Positions 1 through 8,591 are shown, counted from the stretch's first letter. The stretch is DNA of 15,553 bases from a virus (IMGVR_UViG_2585427776_000014), one strand, 5' to 3'. The notes: generated from the sequence alone by a model not told the origin. Numbers and translations are program-made.

Positions 1-71
1 ACCAAAGCATGACATCTCTGTTTCGCACCGAAGGTGACACTTCTGCTTTGCGTTGACAGGAGAAGCAGGCT

Positions 72-227
72 ATGAAGCAGCAAAAGGCGATGTTAATCGC
101 CCTGATCGTCATCTGTTTAACCGTCATAGTGACGGCACTGGTAACGAGGAAAGACCTCTGCGAGGTACGAATCCGAACCGGCCAGACGGAGGTCGCTGTC
201 TTCACAGCTTACGAACCTGAGGAGTAA
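72..227 (+). CDS. hokD: Hok-family type I toxin, 51 aa
   Basis: ATG at 72 with AGGAG at 57-61. Translation MKQQKAMLIALIVICLTVIVTALVTRKDLCEVRIRTGQTEVAVFTAYEPEE has the Hok/Gef layout (N-terminal TM helix, conserved Cys, acidic tail). Absent from the ORF track because it is under 60 aa. Position next to rem fits the K-12 relB-relE-hokD locus. Confidence 0.9.
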   Translation: MKQQKAMLIALIVICLTVIVTALVTRKDLCEVRIRTGQTEVAVFTAYEPEE

Positions 228-296
228 GAGACCCGGCGGGGGAGAAATCCCTCGCCACCTCTGATGTGGCAGGCATCCTCAACGCACCCGCACTTA

Positions 297-323
297 ACCC
301 GCTTCGGCGGGTTTTTGTTTTTA
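297..323 (+). terminator. Rho-independent terminator downstream of hokD
   Basis: GC stem CCCGC(298-302)/GCGGG(307-311) with TTCG loop, followed by TTTTTGTTTTT (312-322). Confidence 0.5.
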
Positions 324-443
324 TTTTCAACGCGTTTGAAGTTCTGGACGGTGCCGGAATAGAATCAAAAATACTTAAGTAGCGCGCAGGGATAAGAGGG
401 ATGGTCCCTTAAAGGGGAGAGCTAATTATCCGGAAGGATTCTG

Positions 444-695
444 ATGATGAACATCGAAGAACTGCGTAAAATTTTTTGTGAAGATGGCCTCTATGCTGTG
501 TGCGTTGAAAATGGAAATCTTGTTAGTCATTACCGCATTATGTGTTTGCGAAAGAATGGGGCTGCGTTAATTAATTTTGTGGATGCTCGGGTCACGGACG
601 GATTTATCTTGCGCGAAGGTGAGTTTGTCACTTCATTACAGGCATTGAAAGAGATCGGAATAAAAGCTGGCTTTTCTGCTTTTTCAGGAGAATAA
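444..695 (+). CDS. rem: Small prophage protein Rem, 83 aa, function unknown
   Basis: ORF track 444..695; GGAAGG at 433-438 as RBS. Length and position between hokD and ydfU match K-12 rem as I recall it. Confidence 0.75.
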   Translation: MMNIEELRKIFCEDGLYAVCVENGNLVSHYRIMCLRKNGAALINFVDARVTDGFILREGEFVTSLQALKEIGIKAGFSAFSGE

Positions 696-761
696 ACTCA
701 TCTACAATCTTGCGCGGGGCTGAACTCCCGCTGAGTAACACCGTGCCACCGGAGAAAACCG

Positions 762-1040
762 ATGGCACGCAACGCAAAATATTACAATTCTGATAATTCG
801 CCCGTTCTTGCCTGCACGCACGGGCGGTATTCTCACGCATTCAAGTCTGAATGGTTCCAGCACCCTCCATGCACTGCAGAACAGGCCGAATGGCTGATTC
901 ATTCTTACCGCAGGCGCGGGTTCGAGGTTAAGAAAGCTCTCAGTCTCGACTATCGGCACTGGATAATCTCTGTCAGGCTGCCTTATTCCGAACGCCCACC
1001 ACGTGCGTCCCGCACTTTCCAGCAACGGATCTGGAGGTAA
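762..1040 (+). CDS. Hypothetical 92-aa protein, possibly unannotated; translationally coupled to ydfU
   Basis: ATG at 762 with GGAG at 751-754 (7-nt spacing). Stop TAA at 1038-1040 lies one base before the ydfU GTG at 1042. I do not recall a named K-12 gene here. Confidence 0.4.
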   Translation: MARNAKYYNSDNSPVLACTHGRYSHAFKSEWFQHPPCTAEQAEWLIHSYRRRGFEVKKALSLDYRHWIISVRLPYSERPPRASRTFQQRIWR

Positions 1041-1041
1041 C

Positions 1042-2091
1042 GTGCGGGTATTACTTAGACCTGTTCTGGTGCCTGAGCTTGGGCTGGTGGTCCTTAAGCC
1101 GGGCCGTGAATCCATACAGATATTTCATAATCCTCGAGTGCTGGTGGAACCGGAACCAAAAAGCATGCGTAATCTGCCATCCGGAGTCGTTCCTGCCGTT
1201 CGCCAGCCGCTGGCGGAAGACAAAACATTGCTGCCGTTTTTTAGTAACGAACGGGTGATTCGTGCTGCTGGCGGCGTTGGCGCATTGTCCGACTGGCTAT
1301 TACGTCATGTTACATCCTGCCAGTGGCCTAATGGCGATTACCATCACACTGAAACAGTCATTCACCGTTATGGTACCGGCGCAATGGTGTTGTGCTGGCA
1401 CTGCGACAACCAACTGCGTGACCAGACATCGGAATCACTGGAGCTGCTTGCTCAACAAAATCTGACAGCATGGGTGATTGACGTCATCCGTCACGCAATA
1501 AGCGGTACGCAGGAGCGGGAATTATCTTTGGCTGAATTATCCTGGTGGGCGGTCTGCAATCAGGTGGTGGATGCACTACCTGAGGCTGTATCGCGTCGTT
1601 CGCTGGGATTACCAGCGGAAAAAATCTGCTCGGTGTACCGCGAAAGCGACATCGTACCGGGAGAGCAGACCGCCACCAGCATATTGAAACAACGCACAAA
1701 AAATCTTGCACCGTTGCCTTACGCCCACCAGCAACAAAAATCACCACAGGAAAAGACGGTGGTAAGCATCACCGTTGATCCAGAGTCTCCGGAATCTTTC
1801 ATGAAGCTGCCTAAACGTCGCCGCTGGGTTAAGGAGAAATACACACGTTGGGTTAAGACACAGCCGTGTGCTTGCTGCGGTATGCCAGCCGACGATCCGC
1901 ATCATCTGATTGGTCACGGGCAGGGCGGAATGGGAACAAAAGCACATGATCTCTTTGTGTTGCCTTTGTGCAGAAAGCATCACAACGAGCTGCATACGGA
2001 TACAGTGGCATTTGAAGATAAGTATGGCTCCCAACTGGAGCTGATATTTCGTTTTATCGATCGCGCGCTGACAATTGGCGTACTGGCGTAA
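1042..2091 (+). CDS. ydfU: Prophage protein YdfU (DUF968-like), 349 aa, with a Cys/His-rich C-terminal motif
   Basis: Track ORF 1003..2091; preferred start is GTG at 1042 with GGAGG at 1033-1037, giving 349 aa. C-terminus carries CACCG...DPHHL...CRKHHNELH. Sits in the nin-region position immediately upstream of Q. Confidence 0.8.
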   Translation: MRVLLRPVLVPELGLVVLKPGRESIQIFHNPRVLVEPEPKSMRNLPSGVVPAVRQPLAEDKTLLPFFSNERVIRAAGGVGALSDWLLRHVTSCQWPNGDYHHTETVIHRYGTGAMVLCWHCDNQLRDQTSESLELLAQQNLTAWVIDVIRHAISGTQERELSLAELSWWAVCNQVVDALPEAVSRRSLGLPAEKICSVYRESDIVPGEQTATSILKQRTKNLAPLPYAHQQQKSPQEKTVVSITVDPESPESFMKLPKRRRWVKEKYTRWVKTQPCACCGMPADDPHHLIGHGQGGMGTKAHDLFVLPLCRKHHNELHTDTVAFEDKYGSQLELIFRFIDRALTIGVLA

Positions 2092-2104
2092 GTGGAGAAC
2101 GAGC

Positions 2105-2857
2105 ATGAACCTTGAAGCCTTACCAAAATATTACTCCCCAAAATCTCCAAAATTGAGCGATGACGCTCCAGCGACAGGCACCGGTTGTTTAACAATTACG
2201 GATGTAATGGCAGCGCAGGGGATGGTGCAGTCGAAAGCACCACTTGGGTTGGCCTTATTTCTGGCAAAAGTTGGTGTTCAGGACCCTCAGTTTGCGATTG
2301 AAGGCCTGCTAAATTACGCGATGGCACTGGATAACCCGACATTGAACAAATTGAGTGAAGAAATCCGGTTACAGATTATTCCTTACCTCGTGAGTTTTGC
2401 CTTTGCTGATTACTCCAGGTCTGCGGCAAGTAAGGCTCGCTGTGAGCATTGTTCAGGTACGGGATTTTATAATGTATTGCGCGAAGTGGTGAAACACTAC
2501 AGACGCGGGGAATCTGTAATCAAGGAAGAATGGGTGAAGGAACTATGTCAGCATTGCCATGGTAAGGGCGAAGCCAGCACAGCGTGCAGAGGGTGTAAGG
2601 GTAAAGGGATTGTTCTGGATGAAAAAAGAACCCGGTTTCATGGCGTACCGGTATATAAGATTTGTGGGCGTTGTAATGGAAACCGGTTTAGTCGTTTACC
2701 GACCACGCTGGCACGACGTCATGTCCAGAAGCTGGTACCAGACCTGACCGATTATCAGTGGTATAAGGGGTATGCGGACGTCATTGGTAAACTGGTAACA
2801 AAGTGCTGGCAGGAAGAAGCATACGCGGAAGCGCAATTGAGGAAGGTGACGAGATAA
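2105..2857 (+). CDS. quuQ: Late-gene antiterminator Q (phage 82/21-type), 250 aa
   Basis: Track ORF 2075..2857; ATG at 2105 with GGAGA at 2093-2097 gives 250 aa. Contains four CxxCxGxG-type Cys pairs. Located directly upstream of a strong promoter plus terminator, then the lysis genes. Confidence 0.85.
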   Translation: MNLEALPKYYSPKSPKLSDDAPATGTGCLTITDVMAAQGMVQSKAPLGLALFLAKVGVQDPQFAIEGLLNYAMALDNPTLNKLSEEIRLQIIPYLVSFAFADYSRSAASKARCEHCSGTGFYNVLREVVKHYRRGESVIKEEWVKELCQHCHGKGEASTACRGCKGKGIVLDEKRTRFHGVPVYKICGRCNGNRFSRLPTTLARRHVQKLVPDLTDYQWYKGYADVIGKLVTKCWQEEAYAEAQLRKVTR

Positions 2858-2888
2858 ATGATTTTTGCTGAAGATGGCGACATGATGT

Positions 2889-2917
2889 TTGCATTTTTCA
2901 AAAAATATGGATAAAAT
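2889..2917 (+). promoter_or_regulatory. Candidate late promoter (PR'-like) downstream of Q
   Basis: TTGCAT (2889-2894), 17-nt spacer, TAAAAT (2912-2917). It occupies the position where lambdoid phages place PR' and the Q-utilisation site. Confidence 0.45.
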
Positions 2918-2963
2918 TTTTTCAACGATGGGCTTTGTATACCCGACGTTAAGAAAAAGTAGA

Positions 2964-2993
2964 AAACCCGCTGATGAGCGGGTTTTGTGCTTT
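2964..2993 (+). terminator. Rho-independent terminator about 40 nt after the candidate late promoter (tR'-like)
   Basis: Stem AAACCCGC (2964-2971)/GCGGGTTT (2978-2985) with loop TGATGA, followed by a T-rich tract. It would yield a short leader RNA unless Q-modified polymerase reads through. Confidence 0.5.
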
Positions 2994-3278
2994 AAATGGG
3001 GCAATGGTAATGTTGAATCTCATCCCGGGACTCATGTCTGTTAACTTATTATTTAGCTGGTGACTTGGTTATTTGCCTGATGTTTAAAATGTTTTCTTCC
3101 AGTACAATGTCCCTAAACACAATGAGTCTGCTTATTATATTATTAGCAGAGCTATTACGGCCAAAGTACAGCATAAGCTTTTAAAGCCAATCAACCAGTC
3201 ATCAAGACAGACGGGGTTATTCATAAAAACTCTCCATGTGTGATCCGATGGGGCCTGAAATTAAAGCTTTAATATAGC

Positions 3279-3491
3279 TCATGAAAGGTAAACATTGGCA
3301 GCTGAAGGGCCACGCAGACCATTTATCCGGCAAAATTCCACGCGTAATCCGGTGGTAATTTCTTCTGCATCGCGGAGATTGAGCGCTGAAACATGAAGCT
3401 GGACATCGATACGACCATCGGATGGGGTGATAAGACCCTTGCCGCTTTTGCCGTCAAAGGTTTTGACAATTCCTGTCATTTTACGGGACAA
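3279..3491 (-). CDS. cspF: Cold-shock protein family member CspF, 70 aa
   Basis: Track [29 protein letters not shown]... has the cold-shock-domain fold signature but a divergent RNP1 motif. Divergently arranged with cspB, as in K-12. Confidence 0.9.
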
Positions 3492-3791
3492 AAAAATTCC
3501 TTAATACTGATAACTTGGCGCACTATACACACGTTCCTGAAGAAAGCTATAGTTTTTTGATGGGGTTGAAGATGGCTGGATGTCTAAAATAAACATTGCT
3601 TCATATGTTCAACTATGCGTTAATGATTGCGTCGGTTTGAAGAACAGACGATATACGAAGTAGTTTACTAAAGCAGTTCTCATTTCAGGTGTTATTCACT
3701 TATTCCTTCTTTGAGTCTCTCCAATTAAGTACGAAGTCGTTTCTGTTATGCAAACCATTTATGCCGAAAGGCTCAAGTTAAGGAATGTAGA

Positions 3792-4007
3792 ATGTCAAAT
3801 AAAATGACTGGTTTAGTAAAATGGTTTAACGCTGATAAAGGTTTCGGCTTTATTTCTCCTGTTGATGGTAGTAAAGATGTGTTTGTGCATTTTTCTGCGA
3901 TTCAGAATGATAATTATCGAACCTTATTTGAAGGTCAAAAGGTTACCTTCTCTATAGAGAGTGGTGCTAAAGGTCCTGCAGCAGCAAATGTCATCATTAC
4001 TGATTAA
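3792..4007 (+). CDS. cspB: Cold-shock protein CspB, 71 aa
   Basis: [38 protein letters not shown]... carries the canonical CspA-family RNP1 (KGFGFI) and RNP2 (VFVHF) motifs; a roughly 300-nt AT-rich upstream region precedes it. Confidence 0.95.
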   Translation: MSNKMTGLVKWFNADKGFGFISPVDGSKDVFVHFSAIQNDNYRTLFEGQKVTFSIESGAKGPAAANVIITD

Positions 4008-4118
4008 AATTCATCGCTCGTCTGTATACGATAACGAAGAAGGCTGATGCCTGAGTAGAGATACGGACAGAGTAGTGAATATTGGATCTCTTTAATAAAA
4101 AGTAAGGAGGTCCAATAC

Positions 4119-4154
4119 ATGAAACAATGGCTAGCATATTTGGCAAAATCTTAA
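4119..4154 (+). CDS. Candidate 11-codon small ORF (MKQWLAYLAKS) behind a perfect Shine-Dalgarno
   Basis: TAAGGAGGT at 4103-4111, 7-nt spacer, ATG at 4119, TAA at 4152-4154. Coding status is unproven. Confidence 0.3.
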   Translation: MKQWLAYLAKS

Positions 4155-4288
4155 TCAGGAAAAGTATGCTAACCATTGTGGTGAAGTGCAGGTTTGCTGC
4201 ATGAATAGTTTTACAGCAGAAGCTAACTGCTGGCATGGCAAAACAAAGTGCGTAAGTGGATGACTCCCACAAAAAGCACCACAATCTC

Positions 4289-4315
4289 AAACCCGCTCAG
4301 GCGGGGTTTTTATTA
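4289..4315 (+). terminator. Rho-independent terminator about 280 nt downstream of cspB
   Basis: Stem CCCGC (4292-4296)/GCGGG (4301-4305) with loop TCAG, followed by TTTTTATTAT. Confidence 0.5.
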
Positions 4316-4370
4316 TCTGCTTTAAATATATTATTAAAATATAAAAAATACTTGTTACTAATAAAATCAA

Positions 4371-4541
4371 TCAGGCTACAGCTTTAAGATTTGTCTGGAA
4401 TACTTTGTTGCAATGAGGGCAGATCAAAAGGGCACCTTTTTGTACTCTTGAAAAACTGTGTTCTGACTCTTGGGTGCAGTTTGGGCAGGAACATTTAACG
4501 AGATAATTACGGCGTGATTTTGAGTTTTTACGTTCTGACAT
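4371..4541 (-). CDS. ynfU: 56-aa zinc-ribbon small protein (two CxxC-type pairs)
   Basis: Minus-strand ORF; preferred start is the internal ATG giving MSERKNSKSRRNYLVKCSCPNCTQESEHSFSRVQKGALLICPHCNKVFQTNLKAVA, with AGGA about 9 nt upstream. The symbol ynfU is from memory of the K-12 small-protein catalogue and is uncertain. Confidence 0.55.
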   Translation of the reverse strand: MSERKNSKSRRNYLVKCSCPNCTQESEHSFSRVQKGALLICPHCNKVFQTNLKAVA

Positions 4542-4760
4542 AGGCTTTTCCTGTATAAATGGCCGTATACAGTACACTAAATATGAAAACATTTCTCGTA
4601 TTATTATTTTATATATGACTTTCTTTCAAAATAATTACCCACATTTTTAATGTGTATGTTTTTTTAGCGCCGTTGAGAACAACGTGTGCTGTCAAAACTA
4701 CCCCGTAGACTCCGATCTTTTCAAACATATTGCACCATCCGTGTACATCGGGGTGAGGAT

Positions 4761-4976
4761 ATGAAATCAATGGATAAGTTAACAACAGGTGTTGCCTATG
4801 GCACATCGGCGGGTAATGCTGGTTTCTGGGCATTGCAGTTACTCGATAAAGTAACTCCGTCACAGTGGGCTGCAATCGGTGTGCTGGGTAGCCTGGTTTT
4901 TGGCCTGCTGACGTATCTGACAAATCTTTATTTCAAGATTAAAGAAGACAGGCGTAAGGCTGCGAGAGGAGAGTAA
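4761..4976 (+). CDS. essQ: Pinholin (phage 21 S21-like class II holin), 71 aa, with dual-start motif
   Basis: [26 protein letters not shown]...[13 protein letters not shown]: Met1-Lys2-Ser3-Met4 dual start, two TM segments and a charged C-terminus. Closely resembles phage 21 S as I recall it. The track ORF 4686..4976 extends upstream of the likely start. Confidence 0.9.
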   Translation: MKSMDKLTTGVAYGTSAGNAGFWALQLLDKVTPSQWAAIGVLGSLVFGLLTYLTNLYFKIKEDRRKAARGE

Positions 4977-4980
4977 TCCA

Positions 4981-5288
4981 ATGACTCAAGACTATGAACT
5001 GGTTGTGAAAGGAGTCCGTAATTTTGAGAATAAAGTTACGGTAACTGTAGCCTTACAGGACAAAGAACGCTTTGACGGTGAAATTTTTGACCTGGATGTC
5101 GCCATGGACCGTGTTGAAGGAGCTGCGCTGGAGTTTTATGAGGCAGCAGCCAGAAGGAGCGTCCGGCAAGTCTTCCTGGAAGTAGCAGAAAAATTGTCAG
5201 AAAAAGTTGAGTCTTATCTGCAGCATCAGTACTCCTTTAAGATTGAAAATCCTGCCAATAAGCACGAGCGTCCTCATCATAAATATCT

Positions 5289-5292
<4 letters not shown>
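4981..5292 (+). CDS. ydfR: Prophage protein YdfR, 103 aa, function unknown, inserted between holin and endolysin
   Basis: Track ORF with AGGAGAG RBS at 4964-4970. Its stop overlaps the rrrQ start in an ATGA arrangement at 5289-5292. Confidence 0.85.
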
Positions 5293-6316
<1,024 letters not shown>

Positions 6317-6542
6317 GGTAATATTAAATCGGAACATTTACATCGCGGAATGTAAAATTTAAATAAAAAGGACTCTTCCATGAGCCAAAATTCCTGAAAT
6401 CTTAAGGGTAAGATAAAAGGTCTTAATCAGAATGACACGTTTTATTAATAAATAAAGCTATTCTTTCATTGCTGTGTTTTTCTTTACAAAAGTAATCCTT
6501 GCTATGGGTGGTTAATCATGCGTTAATGGTGTTCTGGTTTGT

Positions 6543-6575
6543 TACAAATTTATCTGAAGCAGTCATTGTTATAAT
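6543..6575 (+). promoter_or_regulatory. Candidate cspI promoter with extended -10
   Basis: TGTTATAAT at 6567-6575 (TGn plus TATAAT); the -35 is weak (TTACAA at 6543-6548, non-optimal spacing). About 100 nt upstream of the cspI ATG. Confidence 0.3.
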
Positions 6576-6678
6576 TTTATTATTTGTACCTCTTGAGATT
6601 TCCTTGTTGGTTTTTCTCTCTGATATTTTTTTTCGGACCATTCTGCCCAAGGGCTAATTTCTTCAAAAGGTAATAATT

Positions 6679-6891
6679 ATGTCTAACAAAATGACTGGTT
6701 TAGTGAAATGGTTTAACCCTGAAAAAGGTTTTGGTTTCATCACGCCGAAAGATGGCAGCAAAGATGTGTTTGTCCATTTCTCAGCAATTCAGAGCAACGA
6801 TTTCAAAACATTAACTGAGAATCAGGAAGTTGAATTTGGTATTGAGAACGGACCTAAAGGTCCTGCCGCTGTTCATGTAGTGGCGCTTTGA
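6679..6891 (+). CDS. cspI: Cold-shock protein CspI, 70 aa
   Basis: [38 protein letters not shown]... has canonical RNP1/RNP2 motifs; a long AT-rich upstream region precedes it. Confidence 0.95.
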   Translation: MSNKMTGLVKWFNPEKGFGFITPKDGSKDVFVHFSAIQSNDFKTLTENQEVEFGIENGPKGPAAVHVVAL

Positions 6892-7090
6892 GGTAGACAA
6901 TATTACAAACCATATTCACTTTAGATGCCCGTGTTGTCATGGTTCCCAGTATAGAACATCATCTTTTGATGTTTCTGACATGAATCCTTTCGGGGCAAAA
7001 TGTATCTTTTGTAAATCAATGATGATTACATTTGATAATATTTCACAATACTTAAATGCCAGCCGTCTGTCGTTGGATTTAAAAAAGTGA
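6881..7090 (+). pseudogene. Start-less zinc-ribbon ORF, paralog of the 4371-4541 protein, lying in the cspI 3' region
   Basis: Frame open 6881-7090 reads ...HFRCPCCHGSQYRTSSFDVSDMNPFGAKCIFCKSMMITFDNISQYLNASRLSLDLKK*. It shares the C-x-C-x1-2-C ... SF ... C-x2-C pattern with the 56-aa ORF. No ATG/GTG/TTG precedes the first Cys cluster; the only in-frame ATG (6980) would give 36 aa lacking the first Cys pair. Confidence 0.45.
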
Positions 7091-7096
7091 AAATGA

Positions 7097-7119
7097 AGGC
7101 TCCTTCGGGAGCTTTTTTG
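7097..7119 (+). terminator. Rho-independent terminator closing the cspI/zinc-ribbon transcript
   Basis: Stem GGCTCC (7098-7103)/GGAGCT (7108-7113) with loop TTCG, followed by TTTTT (7114-7118). Confidence 0.5.
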
Positions 7120-7237
7120 CTTGGTGTCTATTCGATGGATACTCACATACTACGGTAACATCATGAAAAAAATCATAGTTTTTTTTAACTCTGAACCAGC
7201 AGTGGTAGTGCCAGCGATGACTGGAGTTAACACCATC

Positions 7238-7393
7238 ATGCGTGAATATCCAAATGGCGAAAAAACACACCTTACTGTAATGGCCGCAGGGTTTCCATCT
7301 CTGACCGGAGATCATAAAGTCATTTATGTAGCCGCGGATCGACATGTTACTTCAGAAGAAATTCTGGAAGCAGCAATAAGGCTCTTGAGTTGA
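7238..7393 (+). CDS. ynfN: Small prophage protein YnfN, 51 aa (the same frame is open from an ATG at 7163, which would give 76 aa)
   Basis: In-frame ATG at 7238 gives MREYPNGEKTHLTVMAAGFP...AAIRLLS, 51 aa, matching my recollection of ynfN next to cspI. The start is uncertain. Confidence 0.6.
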   Translation: MREYPNGEKTHLTVMAAGFPSLTGDHKVIYVAADRHVTSEEILEAAIRLLS

Positions 7394-7564
7394 TTTGATG
7401 CTATTGCATTGATAATTCAGGAAAATTCTCTTTGTCTGTTTGTGTAAAATTTAGACTATCGTATGTTGATTATTGCGATGTTTCATCTTATCTTTTACAC
7501 GTTTGCACCATATAATCGACTTACTGTGTAACTGGAAAGTCATAACAGACTAAAAGAGGAAATG

Positions 7565-7738
7565 ATGAATATTGAAAACTTAAAAACAAAAGCAGAAGCA
7601 GATATTTCTGAATATATAACAAAAAAAATTATTGAACTTAAGAAAAAGACCGGGAAAGAAGTTACCAGTATTCAGTTTACCGCACGGGAAAAAATGACGG
7701 GTCTTGAAAGCTATGATGTCAAGATTAATTTAATCTGA
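7565..7738 (+). CDS. gnsB: GnsA/GnsB-family small protein, 57 aa
   Basis: MNIENLKTKAEADISEYITKKIIELKKKTGKEVTSIQFTAREKMTGLESYDVKINLI; an alternative start lies one codon upstream at 7562. Absent from the ORF track because it is under 60 aa. Confidence 0.85.
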   Translation: MNIENLKTKAEADISEYITKKIIELKKKTGKEVTSIQFTAREKMTGLESYDVKINLI

Positions 7739-7889
7739 TGTATTCAATAATAAAATTTATCCATAAACCTCGTTTTTACGGGGTTTTGTTATATTTGAAT
7801 GGTTCCGAATATCTAAATCACAATTGTTGATGGTTTTTATTAAACCAATGCAGTCCGGCTCAGGAGTGAGAGAAGCCGGACGTTATGGT

Positions 7890-8300
7890 TTAGCGTGGTA
7901 AGATCTGTGTAGTTTTCTGGATGCTTTCAGTAAATAGTAATGAATTATCAAAGGTATAGTAATATCTTTTTTGTTCGTGGATATTTGTAACCCACCGAAA
8001 AACTCCTGCTTTAGCAAGGTTTCTTCTGTATTCCTGAAATGTGATCTCTCTGGATTTCAGCTTATTAGAGGTCGTTTCTATAAGATGCCTATCCTTTGAA
8101 AATTTGACAGACACAATGTTTTTTAGGCCCTTTAATAACACTGTATTATCATTTTTTAATACAATATGAACATTCTCTGTGGCTAAATAGTAAATGTAAT
8201 GTGAGACATTGTGACGTTTTAGCTCAGAATAAAACCATTGATAGTTTAAATCGTTTCGAACTTTATCAAATATTTGTTTAAAAATGACTACCTGATCCAT
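7890..8300 (-). CDS. ydfO: DUF1398-family prophage protein YdfO, 136 aa
   Basis: Track ORF 7890..8315 (141 aa); the internal Met giving MDQVVIFKQ... yields 136 aa, the length I recall for ydfO. Confidence 0.8.
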
Positions 8301-8357
8301 AGATAAACCTTCCATGTGATATGAGGGGGCGTAGTCTGCACGATTATCTAAATTGCT

Positions 8358-8591
8358 TCAATCTGGTCTGACCTGTTTTCTGAGCAATTCAGTAATGTCA
8401 CTCTTTTCTTTGTTTGCTTCAGAAGAAACTCTTTTTTCTGAGCACAGTCTCCGGCGGCAGGCTTCAATGACCCAGGCTGAGAAATTCCCGGACCCTTTTT
8501 GCTCAAGAGCGATGTTAATTTGTTCAATCATTTGGTTAGGAAAGCGGATGTTGCGGGTTGTTGTTCTGCGGGTTCTGTTCTTCGTTGACAT
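8358..8591 (-). CDS. ynfO: Small prophage protein YnfO, 77 aa, with a ribbon-helix-helix-like core
   Basis: The RNIRFPNQMIEQINIALEQKGSGNFSAWVIEACRRRL segment fits a strand-helix-turn-helix RHH (Arc/MetJ/CopG-like) pattern. The fold assignment is inference. Confidence 0.7.
   Translation of the reverse strand: MSTKNRTRRTTTRNIRFPNQMIEQINIALEQKGSGNFSAWVIEACRRRLCSEKRVSSEANKEKSDITELLRKQVRPD

Noticed and set aside
702-1115. 137-aa minus-strand ORF, and the 70-aa ORF at 628..840
   Set aside because: Overlap the better-supported + strand ORFs (rem, the 92-codon ORF, ydfU start), which have RBSs and coupled stop/start geometry; the minus ORFs have neither.
1262-2195. Several ORFs nested in or antisense to ydfU and the quuQ start (1262..1465, 1484..1747, 1741..2106, 1980..2195)
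   Set aside because: Alternative-frame or antisense ORFs inside a long, well-supported coding region.
2858-2914. 18-codon ORF starting at the TAAATG overlap with the quuQ stop
   Set aside because: No Shine-Dalgarno, and it overlaps the -35/-10 of the predicted late promoter; more likely coincidental.
3126-3152. Inverted repeat TCTGCT-(12 nt)-AGCAGA downstream of cspF as a terminator
   Set aside because: AT-rich loop, short stem and no following U-tract on either strand.
3997-4290. 97-aa minus-strand ORF between cspB and the zinc-ribbon gene
   Set aside because: Cys/Phe-rich low-complexity translation of AT-rich intergenic DNA, no RBS, overlaps a + strand terminator.
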